Below, piece by piece: positions 32,046 to 42,159 of a stretch of 64,000 nt of DNA. The translations under genes were made by a program, and so were the position numbers. This DNA comes from Longimicrobiales bacterium. Lineage in GTDB: Bacteria > Gemmatimonadota > Gemmatimonadetes > Longimicrobiales > Gaopeijiaceae. The stretch's first letter is position 1. Each line of letters opens with the position of its first letter. The notes under the pieces are model-generated. The model worked only from the letters and a program-made list of their open reading frames with translations. It was not told where the DNA came from and did no database searches. The stretch covers positions 704,001 through 768,000 of the forward strand of contig OZ250165.1 in assembly GCA_965238005.1 (NCBI GenBank). The letters run 5' to 3'.

Positions 32046-32384
32046 GGCGCTTTACAAAATCCGGAAGCACCAGTTCGACACATGGGATGAAGCCCAAGAA
32101 GGAGCCGGACGACCCCGATTTCGATCAGTGGTTGCTCGACTACATCGAGAAGGAAAGCGAGTGAGTTCGGGGGCTGTTCGTCTTTCCGGGGCGGCTGGGC
32201 GCATCGTATGATGCCTTCACGCCAAACGCCAGGTCCGTCGTCTTTGACGTCGGGTCACCCGCTGAATACAACACCCTCGCCTTGGGAAATAGGCGGGACC
32301 CTACATAGACGGACCGGGTGTTTGGCGACTGTCTCGGCGATCAAGGAAAGCCGGGGCGAACCCCACCACGAAGGGACTCGCCCG

Positions 32385-33386
32385 ATGCGCCGCCACCTAT
32401 CCGTTGTACTCGTTGCTCTGCTGATCGTCGCTTGCGTAGGCGAGACCGGACCCACCGGTCCCCAAGGTTCCCGAGGAACCGCTGGGCTGGACGGTCGGGA
32501 CGGGCAAGACGGCCGGCCGGGACCCGCAGGCCCTGCTGGCGAGCCGCTCAACTGGGCAGACGTGCTGGAAGAGCACCGCGTCAACGAGGCTACGTATGTC
32601 CTTCTGTACTCGTACACACACCGTGACGGGAAAAGATATTACTACATGTTCTGCACCGGCTTCGCCGCCTACTACACAAGCGTGGTCTGGACGAACGCGC
32701 ACTGCGTTGACGCCGCCCTCGAGCGCGCCCGGGAACTGCGGGGCGCCGACCCGCACTTCTTCATCGTTCGGGCCGAAACCCCCATCGGCGGCGACCAAAC
32801 CTACGCCATCGATCTGGACCAGTATTGGAAGCATCCCGACTACGACAACACGGCCCGCTCCGAGGACGTTGGACTGCTGGACATCGATGGGGTTTTGCCC
32901 ACCCTTCTGGACCTTCTGCCCAGGCGGTTCACCGACAATCTCAGCGTCGGCCAGCCCATAGGTACGTTGGGATTCCCAGGAGAACTGAATGCCACAGGAG
33001 GGGCGGGCAGGATGACGACCCCCACCTTCAAGAACGGCGTCGTCAGCGCCCTCAGGCTGATTGACTCGGGGGAGGGCCCGCATGTGGAGATCCAGTACAA
33101 CTTCGATACCTCGGGGGGCACAAGCGGGAGCCCGGTGTTCGACCACGACGGCTGGCTCGTCGCCGTTAACCATGCAACCATTGCCAACGGCAAGGCCCTG
33201 AACTTCGGCATCCACATCGATGCGGTATGGGATTACATCGACATCCTGGAAGCCGGGAGGACCGCCACCGCCCAGATGATACTCGACGCCCCTGTACTAC
33301 GAACCTACCCGCACGACACCTACCCGCACGACACCTACCGGCCGTTCCCAGAGAACTGGAACGGTGAGACGATCACCCCAGACTGA
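32385..33386 (+). CDS. Lipoprotein with collagen-like repeat and trypsin-like serine protease domain
   Basis: Lipobox LIVAC; Gly-X-Y run GETGPTGPQGSRG..GPAGPAGE; TNAHCV, DVGLL and GGTSGSP catalytic triad. Confidence 0.88.
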   Translation: MRRHLSVVLVALLIVACVGETGPTGPQGSRGTAGLDGRDGQDGRPGPAGPAGEPLNWADVLEEHRVNEATYVLLYSYTHRDGKRYYYMFCTGFAAYYTSVVWTNAHCVDAALERARELRGADPHFFIVRAETPIGGDQTYAIDLDQYWKHPDYDNTARSEDVGLLDIDGVLPTLLDLLPRRFTDNLSVGQPIGTLGFPGELNATGGAGRMTTPTFKNGVVSALRLIDSGEGPHVEIQYNFDTSGGTSGSPVFDHDGWLVAVNHATIANGKALNFGIHIDAVWDYIDILEAGRTATAQMILDAPVLRTYPHDTYPHDTYRPFPENWNGETITPD

Positions 33387-33614
33387 GGCTCTAACCTTTA
33401 CACATGATTATACAGCCCGGAACAGCCTACATATCGAGCTACATATTGTTGAGCAGATAATGCATAGCTATACGGATTCTGCGAGAGGTATATATAATCA
33501 CAATGTTAGGATCGACCTGGTCTCGTTTCAGAGGGTCAGGTCAGCTTGTGCTGGAACAGCTCCTTGAATTTTTCAAGGAACTCGTCCGTCGTGTACGGCT
33601 CCGGCTGTTCCGTG

Positions 33615-33854
33615 TCACTCATTGGTCACCTCGTCAGGAATGATTTCCGCCCAGGTGCGGTCACGGAGTAGATAGACCATCTCAACCAGGAAAGTAGCGT
33701 CGGGCTCTCTGTCACGGCCTTTAGCATAGCTCTTCACGAACTTCTCCACTAACCCTTTCTTACTCATAAATCCGTCTTCATAAGTCACTGTCCCGTCAGC
33801 ATGGAGTATGGCATAGCCCATCACTTCCCACATATGACTGAACTGTATTCTCAT
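33615..33854 (-). CDS. Hypothetical protein (AT-richer than its surroundings)
   Basis: 79-aa ORF; overlaps a downstream ORF that is cut by the IS3 IR. Confidence 0.45.
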   Translation of the reverse strand: MRIQFSHMWEVMGYAILHADGTVTYEDGFMSKKGLVEKFVKSYAKGRDREPDATFLVEMVYLLRDRTWAEIIPDEVTNE

Positions 33855-34353
33855 ATCAGTAACGTGTATGAGTTAGGCCAACGCGTACAACACGCGGCTA
33901 CGCCAGTCATTCCGACGCTACACACCCCCCGGCCGCCGCTCCGGAGACAGGCCGCCCCGTCATCGGCCAGCCCCCGGCGGCGGCGCTACGGGCGGGCGTC
34001 CACGGTGGATCATCACGTGGCCCGCCGGCTGGCTCTGTGCAGGCGCAGGCTGTCGGTCGCCGTGCCGCCCTCGGCCACCGTCAGGCTCCTCGGCGCCACG
34101 GTTACGCTGGCTGGGGGCGTGCCGTCATCGCCAGTGATGGTTGATCGTCGCCAGTGGAAATGGTCCGGGCGCTGACCCCGGCTGGCAGCCTGTTCGTACT
34201 AGGGTGACAGGGAAGTCTCGTCCAATGCCTCACCTACAGCTCCCTGGGGCTTCCCAAGGCTGTTGACGTCCACCGCGATACGGTTCGGACGTGAACATGC
34301 TGAGCTGTGCGCCTGGAGCGCAGCCCGTTGTCCGCGTCGGCTCTATCTGGAGG

Positions 34354-34845
34354 CTAGCCAGTCTCTTGCTTATTCCAGTACTCCGCTGCGAATTGCAGCG
34401 TTCGAAGGAGCGGGAGCCCCTGTGGAATTGCCGCGCGGCCGACCTTTCGGTGCTGGATACCCGCCCGGATGTCCTCCATGAAATCTCGAATAAAGACCAC
34501 CCGACCCCCAGCAATACGTTCTCGCGACTTGCCGCCGCCGTAAACGAACAGCGCGATCTGATCGATGTGCTTGGGAATCGCCATCCCTGGAAACAACCCA
34601 GGAATGTACTTGCGGCCCGCCTCAAATTTCTTCAAGTACCGAGCCTCCCGCTTTTTCCAGCTGTCCGAGTCAAGGGATGGTTCGATCTGGACTAACGAGC
34701 GTTGCTCGGGCTGGAACCCGACAACGTCAAGCTCGCACTCGTGGCCTCCATTGGGTCGCTTGCCAACCTTCACGTTCCGACGGATGAAGTACCCGCGGAG
34801 TTCGTACCATTCGGCGACCAACGATTCAAGGTGATTCCCCGTCAC
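34354..34845 (-). CDS. Stand-alone PD-(D/E)xK restriction-like nuclease
   Basis: NHLESLVAEWYELRGY..ELDVVGF..VQIEPS; AAGGA RBS. Confidence 0.7.
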   Translation of the reverse strand: MTGNHLESLVAEWYELRGYFIRRNVKVGKRPNGGHECELDVVGFQPEQRSLVQIEPSLDSDSWKKREARYLKKFEAGRKYIPGLFPGMAIPKHIDQIALFVYGGGKSRERIAGGRVVFIRDFMEDIRAGIQHRKVGRAAIPQGLPLLRTLQFAAEYWNKQETG

Positions 34846-35148
34846 GTGTATGTCCTTGTCTTACTACCTCTAGTAGCCTTCGAACGGACCGCTCACCCGG
34901 GATTACCTTTTGGCCGTCCCGGTCGGCACCGTTATACCTCAAGCGACCCTCCGCGTGGGCCGGATGTGTTCGTGGCCCCTGCTTCAAGCTCCCGACACCG
35001 TCTGCGGGGTTCACAGCGCGGTCGAACTGACCGGGCTGGCTCCGGCGCGGCGGCAGGGGTTTCGAAGGGGAAGCGCAACGCCCCCTCGCCAGCCCAATGT
35101 ACGGACATTGTCCGTTGTTCAGCCAGCCGCGCCGGAGTGCGGACCTCC

Positions 35149-35256
35149 GGGGGGTCGAAGGGGGCACAGCCCCCCGCCAAGCCCCTGCCGGGGACCCGCG
35201 AAGCGTGGCCCCAAGGGGTAGGCTGGCTCATGACAGGTAACGGGTGATGAGCCAGC
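35149..35256 (+). repeat. Structured non-coding module type 1, copy 3 (partial extra copy at ~35060)
   Basis: GCGAAGC-loop hairpin variant; GCTGGCTCATGAC-AGGTAACGG-GTGATGAGCCAGC (35222-35256). Confidence 0.9.
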
Positions 35257-35259
35257 GCC

Positions 35260-36444
35260 TCAGCGGATCGGTTCGGCCTCCGGGTCTCGACGCTTGCCAG
35301 CGAGATACGCGGCCCAAGCCTGCATGACCTCGCGCCTCCGGTCCAGCAGGTCCGAGCGGGCGTAGGCGGCCTCGGCCTGACTGCGGACCTTGTGTGCAAG
35401 CGCCGCCTCCGCCACCTCGCGCGCCACGCCCGTCTCCGAGCACCAGTCGCGGAACGAGGACCTCATCCCGTGGGACGTTCCTGCGATGCCGAGACGCCGG
35501 AGCAACTTGCTGAACATCGAGGCGTGGATCCCTCCTCCCTTCGCGCCCCGGAACACGATCCCGCCGCCGCCGTGGAGCTTCCGGGCTTCCTCGAGGATCT
35601 CCAAGGCCCGCCCCGACAGGGGAACCCGGTGCTCGCGCTTCGCCTTCATGCGGTCGGCGGGAATGGTCCAGACATCGTGCTCGACCTCGTCGCACGCCGC
35701 GCCCCGGACCTCGTTCGAGCGTGTCGCGGTCAGGACCATGAACTCGAGCGCCAGCCGGACACCGGCATGGGACTCCGAGTCGCGGACCATGGCCAGAGCC
35801 TCCGCCACCTCGCCGTGCGGGAGCGCCTTGTGATGCCGGATGGCGTTGCCGTTGCGCGGCAGCGCGGCGGCGATGGCGTCCCCCGCCGGGTTGTCCGGCC
35901 GGTAGCCCTTCGCGACGGCCCACTTCATCACCGCGCCGATCCGCTGGTGCACGGCCCTCGCGGTCGCGGGCTTGCTCGACCAGATGGGCTTGAGGATGGC
36001 GAGCACGTCGGCCGTCGCGACCTCGCTCACGCGCTTCCGGCCGATGCGCGGATGGGCGTAGTCCCGCAGCGTCTGCAGCCACTGCCCGGCCATGCGGGAT
36101 GGGTTCTTCCAGGTCGGCGAGTGGATCGCGATCACCTTCTCGACGGCCGCCTCGAAGGTGGGAACCCCCGCGTCTCTCGGGTCGTGGCCCCAATGGACCG
36201 CCCGCCTGTTCTCCAGCGCCTTCTCTCTCGCCTCCCTGAGCGTCACGACCGGGTACGAGCCCAGTCCGAGATTGGTCGGCTTCCCTCCCACTCGAATGCG
36301 CTGGCCCCAGGACTTGGAGACGCGCCCGGACTTCATCCGGTGGACGCGGAGGTACAGGCCGAGCCCGCCGAGCCCGCCGTCGCCGTAGCGTCCGGGCGTC
36401 TTCACTCGCGCCACGAAGGCGGCCGTAAGGGGTCGTTTGCGCAT
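35260..36444 (-). CDS. P4-type tyrosine integrase (int3)
   Basis: RSNEVR, HGMRSSFRDW, LAH, AAY; ~45 differences over 394 aa from int4 by hand count. Confidence 0.95.
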   Translation of the reverse strand: MRKRPLTAAFVARVKTPGRYGDGGLGGLGLYLRVHRMKSGRVSKSWGQRIRVGGKPTNLGLGSYPVVTLREAREKALENRRAVHWGHDPRDAGVPTFEAAVEKVIAIHSPTWKNPSRMAGQWLQTLRDYAHPRIGRKRVSEVATADVLAILKPIWSSKPATARAVHQRIGAVMKWAVAKGYRPDNPAGDAIAAALPRNGNAIRHHKALPHGEVAEALAMVRDSESHAGVRLALEFMVLTATRSNEVRGAACDEVEHDVWTIPADRMKAKREHRVPLSGRALEILEEARKLHGGGGIVFRGAKGGGIHASMFSKLLRRLGIAGTSHGMRSSFRDWCSETGVAREVAEAALAHKVRSQAEAAYARSDLLDRRREVMQAWAAYLAGKRRDPEAEPIR

Positions 36445-36637
36445 GTGGTTAATCCTACCTGTGTATCATATATCGACGGATACACCATGGTACAATACGG
36501 TACGTACCGGCACAAGAGGGAGCCTGTAAACACGGCTAGGATATGCCATATCACATTGTAATAACACGCTTTACGGAATACTATGGGACCGCAGGGGACG
36601 ATGTTCGCGATCATACTGCCGTACTTGTGGCAAAAGT
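36445..36637. other. att end of the int3 element
   Basis: Homologous to 53229-53420; core ACTT-GTGGCAA-AAGT at 36623-36637. Confidence 0.8.
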
Positions 36638-37163
36638 CGCCCTTGACCTCGAGCACCAGGGCACTGGCCCGGCGCCCGGCGCGGTCGGCTTGCCACGAGA
36701 GGAGCTGCTGGGCGAACGGGTACATGCAGGCGGTGGTCTTGCCGGTGCCGACGGCGCCGACGACGAGGACGCCGGTGTAGAGCCCTGTCTCGGGAATGAC
36801 GAGCCAGGAGGGCCGCTCGCTCTCTCGCGGGACGACGGGATGGTGCAGCTCGCCGATCACGAGCGAGGGTGCGTCGTCCTCGGGCGAGGCGGGCCAGGCG
36901 GGGAGCCCGCCCCGGCCGCCGCCCCTTGCGGGCGGCTGAAGCCACACCCTCCAGACCGAGAGGCACACGCTCCCGGCGAGGACGACGACGATGGCCGGGG
37001 CCGCGTAGTACCAGACGCGGATCACGGTGTGAAGGCCCGGATCGTGGTAGGCGATGAGGTCCAGCACGGGGTTGCCGCCCATGCCGGGGAACGGCGCCCG
37101 GAAAGCGTGGCCGGCGGCCGCTCCCAGAGCGGTGCCGATGATGGCGAGCGTAGCCGGCCTCAT
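36624..37163 (-). pseudogene. virD4: 5' fragment of type IV coupling protein
   Basis: N-terminal TM segments, Walker A GAVGTGKT, LVLEVKGDFC; cut at the int3 core. Confidence 0.85.
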
Positions 37164-37198
37164 CGGTCCAACACCCTTCCTGGAAGGATCGATGGCTC

Positions 37199-37286
37199 GG
37201 GAGCGACCCCAGGAGGGCGGGGGCAGGTGCGCAAACACACCTGGTCCCGAACCCGTACCAGGCCCTCGGACTGGGGGGTCGCTCCC
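37199..37286 (-). repeat. Structured non-coding module type 2, copy B
   Basis: Same 12-bp IR and inner motif as 30244, between the MIAHL gene and virD4. Confidence 0.85.
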
Positions 37287-37461
37287 GTCCCGGTCAGTGC
37301 TGCCCGTGCGGCGCTGACCGACCCGGCCGCGTAGGCGTAAGACGTTGCCGTGTCGTGGCCTACACCGCAGCAGCGGCGCGCATCGCCGGAGGGCCAAAGT
37401 GCGCATCGGCCCCCCGCGTCGTTTGCGCACTCCAGTGCGGCCATGAGACGCGCGCCGGTCG

Positions 37462-37915
37462 TCACCGGTAGCGCGCTCCCGCGAGGCGCACCGTTTGCCA
37501 GGCGACGCCGCGGTGAATCGCCCCGCGGCCTGCCTGCCGGCGGGCCTGCTTCTCCAGCGCCACGCTGCGTTTCAGGGCGGCTTGCAGGCCTCCGAACTCC
37601 TCGAGGATCTGGATCGCGCCCTGAAGGATCGCCCGCTCGATCCGGGCAAGTTCCTCACGGATCCCGGCGTCGGACTCGCCGGGGCCGGACGCCTCAGCCC
37701 AGCCGCTCATCACGGCCAGGGCCCGGTCCATCTCCCGCGAAGTGCGGGCGACGGCGACGACCTCGACGGACCGGCCTTGGTTTTCGAGCGCGTGCCAGAG
37801 CCCGCGGTGCGCCGCTCCCCAGGAACGGAGCGCGGTCGAGGTGTCGTGTCCGGGATCGACGTAGACGAACACTGCACGGCCCGAGTCCAGTGCGACCGGC
37901 AGCTTGAGCGGGAAG
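37462..37915 (-). pseudogene. 3' half of the split MIAHL-family ICE gene
   Basis: FPLKLPVALDSGRAVFVYVDPGH..WGAAHRGLW..GGLQAALKRSVALEK. Confidence 0.9.
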
Positions 37916-38191
37916 CAGGGATCAATCTTCGCAAGTCCCGATGGGACAACGACTTGGCAGTACCTTGCGAGAGACGTGTATCACTGGGTGTGTGCGAAGA
38001 TCGTAAATCGTGTTACCCGTTGGGTTTAGGACAGAAACCCACGGACCACGGACCCACGGATGGGCGGCCTCGAGCGCAACAAACACGAGTCCAAGAAGCA
38101 GAGGGCCGGGAGAGGCCCCGTGGGGAAGACGGCGGTCGGCCCGAGGGCCTGGTACGGGCGCGGGGCCGTGCGCGTCTCCCTAAAGGCAGCC

Positions 38192-38204
38192 TAACTTATT
38201 GATA
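38192..38204 (-). promoter_or_regulatory. IHF binding site
   Basis: TATCAATAAGTTA matches the consensus WATCAANNNNTTR exactly. Confidence 0.6.
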
Positions 38205-38539
38205 TAGATGCATATTAGGATCTTCGCCATTTGATGATGCCCCCATAGCCCTGATGCGGTCCGTCGGGGCGAGCCGTGCCGTTGCCTCGCCGTGCCGGCC
38301 AATTGTCGTGTCAAGAGAACCGGAGGCCGGACCGGTGCGCAACGTGAGCCAGGCCGGAGTCACGGCCACGCCAGATCAGATCGAGATCCCGACCGACCGG
38401 TAGTCGCGCCCTATCTCCAGAGTGACGCCGCCCCCAGGGTCCCGGCCAACCGGCTCCCGAGGGCCAGCGCGTAGGCGAGTTTGGCATCGAGGCGGGTCCA
38501 CTCGCCAGCCTCGGACTCACGGACTCCAGGAAACCTGAT

Positions 38540-39015
38540 TCTACTGCCAGTCACGCTGGAGGCCGAGCGAGCCGTCTTCGTCAACGTCGACCCGGAGCAT
38601 CCGGCACAGTTGCTTCTCCTCGAGCTGCTTGCCAATCCATTGGAAAACACGAACGGACCGGTTTCCTCCACGGCACGTGTGCCGTGTCGAGAACCTCCAT
38701 GGTGCGGCCGCACAGTGGGACCCGGTGCTCGCGGTTCGCCTTCGTCTGCGAAGCCGGTCCACACGGTCCACACACCCTCGTTCCGATCGATCTCGTTCCA
38801 CTCCGCTCCAGGAATCTCGTCGCCGTCGGCACCAGGAACTCGAGTCCGCAATGGACCAACGTGCCCAAGGAGCAGGAGGGAGCGGAGAAAGCCGCCGGTC
38901 CGATGGCGGAGACGACCGCTCCTCGGTAGACCCGCGAGGGCAGGTACCGGCGCTCGATGCCGGGAGCCTCGAATGCGGCAACCTCCTCCGGTTCGGTCGG
39001 GAGCCACGGCAGCCG
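38540..39015. pseudogene. Scrambled remnants of a MIAHL-family gene and a P4-type integrase
   Basis: Plus strand LPVTLEAERAVFVNVDPEH (38540-38600); minus strand LEFLVPTATR..KANREHRVPL (38610-38850); minus strand LPWLPTEPEEVAAFEA..LPSRVYRGA (38905-39015). Confidence 0.75.
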
Positions 39016-39041
39016 TTAGCACCTACAAACTATTGGATCTC

Positions 39042-40901
39042 TCAGCTCACCGTGGAGATGCGCGTGCTTTCTGAAGTTGTCGAGTTGTAAGTGGCCGAGA
39101 GGCCCGCAACATGTACGACTGGTTTTCCCATTGCCTTCTCGATTAGGCAACTCAGTCGCCGTCGTCTGTCTTCGAGAAAGTCGTTGAACGCATCCGCCCG
39201 GAGGAGTTCCGGCGAGAGGGCGTGGCTCGCAAGCAGATCATTCATCGCAACGTCGTCCAGTGCCACCTGCTTCTCTGCTTGGATTCTCGGCAGGTATCGG
39301 GAGGGGGCGTCGCCACCAATCTTACGATTGGCCTTGTAGGAAATCTGCGTCTTGTTGAGGATGCTATCGTATTGACCTTGGTCAATGTCCTGCTGATCCG
39401 CGCACCATTTCTTGGGGAAGATGTGGTGGATATCCAATGCGATTTCGTTCGCATCTAGCTCCTTGATAGTGGCCTTCCAGAACCAATCTTTGGAGCCTTC
39501 CCGCAGAACTAGCACATTAATGCCTTTGTAAGCTGCGCTCAGGCGTGTGCGCAGGGTGTCGAAACGCTCCGGTTGGAAATTGGCGTCGCGCACCGTGCGC
39601 GGAAGTGCGTCCTCATCGTCGAACCAGGCGAGCAGTTCATCGTAGTCGTTAGCCATGCGGGTCTCCACTGCACCGCCATAGAGTTCTCCCAGCACTCCAG
39701 ACCAGAACCAGCGCGCTAGCTTGTCGTAGATCCGCGGCTCAAGCCAGCGGTCGCCCAAGCGCGTGAGCACCGCTGCCAACGGAATGACTTGGGTGCTGTA
39801 GGGCAGCTCACGCCGGTGGTAGAAGCACTCTTTTTGCAAGAACCGGGCGGCATTTAAAAACCCCGCCTCCAGCATGTCGGCCCATCGTTTCCAAGCGTCC
39901 AGTGGTAGCCTAAGGACGTCGGCACGCTTGCCGCTGACCGGACGCACCTGCTTCCCGGTCTTACCGGCCCGTAAGTCTGCCTTTCTCAACTCGTGCGTAT
40001 GCAGCAGACTGATTCCTTGGAGGAACTCCGTGGCCTGAATGCCACTGAGGAGAACGTGGCCCTCCAGTCGTTTCTTCCGTGACTCAGCCTTGCGCGCCCT
40101 GGAGCCGAACCAGTCGTCCCTCAGGTTATAGCCCTCCGCTGCGTAGCTAGCGGTGACCAGTTCGAATACGGTAAGCGGCTCCCCACCGGTATTGACCTTC
40201 TCGAAGACCAAGCAGACCGCTTCCTTGGTGGTCTCTTTCTCCAACTGGATTACCGGGATTTGATAGTTGCGGAAAGGCTTAAGAACTTGGTTCCGAAACG
40301 CCATGTAGATGCCAAGCTTATCCGGCACCACCTCGTACAACGTCGTCTCCCAATCGTCGGAGTCCATTATCTGACTGCAGGGGAAATAGAACTCCCGGCA
40401 TTCCAGCTCGGTCGTGGCCAGATCTAGCTTCACATCGCGGCCGAAGTTGGTGCGCAGTTGCCTATTCTCATCGACAGCTATCACCGCCTCGTCGAGCGCG
40501 TGAGGGGTATCCACAGCTTTCCTGATATCGAAGTAGTAGTGGCGCTTTATCCTTGTGCCCTTGGCAGTCCTAGTGCGTACCGGCTCGTCAAGTGAGATGG
40601 CTTGGGTCAGGGTCGTGAGACGCTGCTGTCCATCAAGGATCAGTCTTTCCGGCGCCCGGTCCTTAGGTATCCTGTCCTCCAATCCTTCCACCGGACGGGT
40701 CTGGAAGCGAATCTCGCCACCGGCTTTGAGCAGCATTACCGCGCCTATCGGGAACGATCGACCAATGCTGACGAGCAGATCGCGAATGTGGTCGTCGTCC
40801 CAGACCCAGCCACGCTGGAAGTCTGGCAACTGGATCTTTCCTTCCTTGATTTCTCCCAGAAGTTGGTTTAGCGAAGCTTTGGTGCTGTCGAAGGTCGTCA
40901 T
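39042..40901 (-). CDS. GmrSD-like type IV restriction protein (DUF262 plus HNH)
   Basis: LPDFQRGWVW, LDGQQRLTT, FEKVNTGG, DIHHIFP..N..N. Confidence 0.9.
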   Translation of the reverse strand: MTTFDSTKASLNQLLGEIKEGKIQLPDFQRGWVWDDDHIRDLLVSIGRSFPIGAVMLLKAGGEIRFQTRPVEGLEDRIPKDRAPERLILDGQQRLTTLTQAISLDEPVRTRTAKGTRIKRHYYFDIRKAVDTPHALDEAVIAVDENRQLRTNFGRDVKLDLATTELECREFYFPCSQIMDSDDWETTLYEVVPDKLGIYMAFRNQVLKPFRNYQIPVIQLEKETTKEAVCLVFEKVNTGGEPLTVFELVTASYAAEGYNLRDDWFGSRARKAESRKKRLEGHVLLSGIQATEFLQGISLLHTHELRKADLRAGKTGKQVRPVSGKRADVLRLPLDAWKRWADMLEAGFLNAARFLQKECFYHRRELPYSTQVIPLAAVLTRLGDRWLEPRIYDKLARWFWSGVLGELYGGAVETRMANDYDELLAWFDDEDALPRTVRDANFQPERFDTLRTRLSAAYKGINVLVLREGSKDWFWKATIKELDANEIALDIHHIFPKKWCADQQDIDQGQYDSILNKTQISYKANRKIGGDAPSRYLPRIQAEKQVALDDVAMNDLLASHALSPELLRADAFNDFLEDRRRRLSCLIEKAMGKPVVHVAGLSATYNSTTSESTRISTVS

Positions 40902-41217
40902 GCTGACATGTCCGTCTCGTCGAGTCTCTCGGTTGGCCAAGCGGAACGCGGTCGGTCGGGATTACCGATTCGGTCCGCGCGTGGATATGACTCCCGAATC
41001 TTGAACACTCCACCATTGTGAAGGTGACCTCCGGGAGCGGGTACTCGTGTGGTGAGCTTCCCAAGGCGCCGGTGGTCGACTCCGGACGGGATGCGATCCC
41101 CAACGAATCGTAACAGGGATCAGGACCGGAAGGGAGCCTTGGCGGTCCCACACCTGACGCCGCCCGCTGTAGCAACAATTGATACAGGTATTGCCGTAGG
41201 TAGTGGGTCAGTTTCAA

Positions 41218-42066
41218 TCAAACGAAATTCGGGGGCAGTAATTCCTCAATCTTCCAGACCCGATCCGTCAGACCGGCAGCCTTGGCCGGGGTCGTTTTGA
41301 TCCCACCCGCCTCCTTGGTCAGCGTCGTGTGTGCCTTGCAGAAATTATAGTACATGAAGTGAAGCGCCACGGCATACTGGTGGAACTCGACCGTCTTGCT
41401 GAAGGCATTCGTCAGGCGGGTGAACCGGCGGGAGTGCATCCGCAGCGTGAGGTTCGATCGCTCGACATGCGACGTGCAAGTGTCATTCAGGGCGGGGTTA
41501 CCCATAACGCGCTTCTTCTCGGACCCGAGGCATACGGGCGGGCTGTACCGGCGCTGATCTTCGGAGCTTTGGCCGTAGGCCTTCACCACCGTTCCGTAGT
41601 CTGCCCCACCCCACCCAAACGCTCGCTCTACGGCTCGCGGATAGACCCCGTGACCGTCAGTGGAGAGGTGGACTCGGCTCACTAGGCGGTCGGCCAGATC
41701 CTGCATGAACGGCAAGCCGGTCGCAGCTCCCCTGCATCCGACGCGGTAGGCGATCAAGAGCTTTGTGTCCCGGCAGAGCGCTGTCCACGTCCACACGTCT
41801 CCGCGACCCTGGCCCCTTTCTTCCTTTGGGATGTTGCGCTCTTTCGCCCCACAGAACGACCAGATTTCATCGCACTGTACGCGCTCGGACTCCACACCCC
41901 TTACGAGAGCGTCGTGCTGCTCCATGCAATACGCGCCCACGTTCTTGAGCAACCGAGAAACGGTATTCTTGGAAGTGCCGGTAAGGCGTGCGGTGGCCCG
42001 GATCGAATTGCCCTCGACCAGTGCTTTGAGGATCATGGCCCGCTTTTCGTCGCTCAGTTTGTTCAT
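41218..42066 (-). CDS. IS1-family-like DDE transposase
   Basis: HTH EGNSIRATARL; QCDEIWSF, STDG, TSHVERSNLTLR, RRFTRLTNAFSK. Confidence 0.9.
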   Translation of the reverse strand: MNKLSDEKRAMILKALVEGNSIRATARLTGTSKNTVSRLLKNVGAYCMEQHDALVRGVESERVQCDEIWSFCGAKERNIPKEERGQGRGDVWTWTALCRDTKLLIAYRVGCRGAATGLPFMQDLADRLVSRVHLSTDGHGVYPRAVERAFGWGGADYGTVVKAYGQSSEDQRRYSPPVCLGSEKKRVMGNPALNDTCTSHVERSNLTLRMHSRRFTRLTNAFSKTVEFHQYAVALHFMYYNFCKAHTTLTKEAGGIKTTPAKAAGLTDRVWKIEELLPPNFV

Positions 42067-42159
42067 CGGTAGCCCCTTTTGCTACCCCAATATATGCTTG
42101 ACCGCTCAAGTAGTCAAGCAATATAGTGGCTCACTTCTAGGTTCTGAGGTTACTATAGA

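Larger units (their letters stand above)
31664..33543. mobile_element. Transposase-less element: IS3-derived MITE split by a ~1.8-kb insert with its own inverted ends
   Basis: IS3 IRs at 31664 and 33543 match the IR at 13098; CAATGTTA duplicated at 31694 and 33501; inner IR GTGATTATATA / TATATAATCAC. Confidence 0.75.

Noticed and set aside
33303..33338. 15-bp tandem repeat ACCTACCCGCACGAC
   Set aside because: Only about two copies, an in-frame coding duplication (TYPHD).
20436..36637. A single int3 element bounded by 20436 and 36637
   Set aside because: No shared core repeat, arm-like repeats differ, and the flanks belong to different genes; boundary left unresolved.
36402..37430. 342-aa ORF as an intact gene
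   Set aside because: Chimeric: virD4 5' fragment (start 37163) reading through into the int3 att end.
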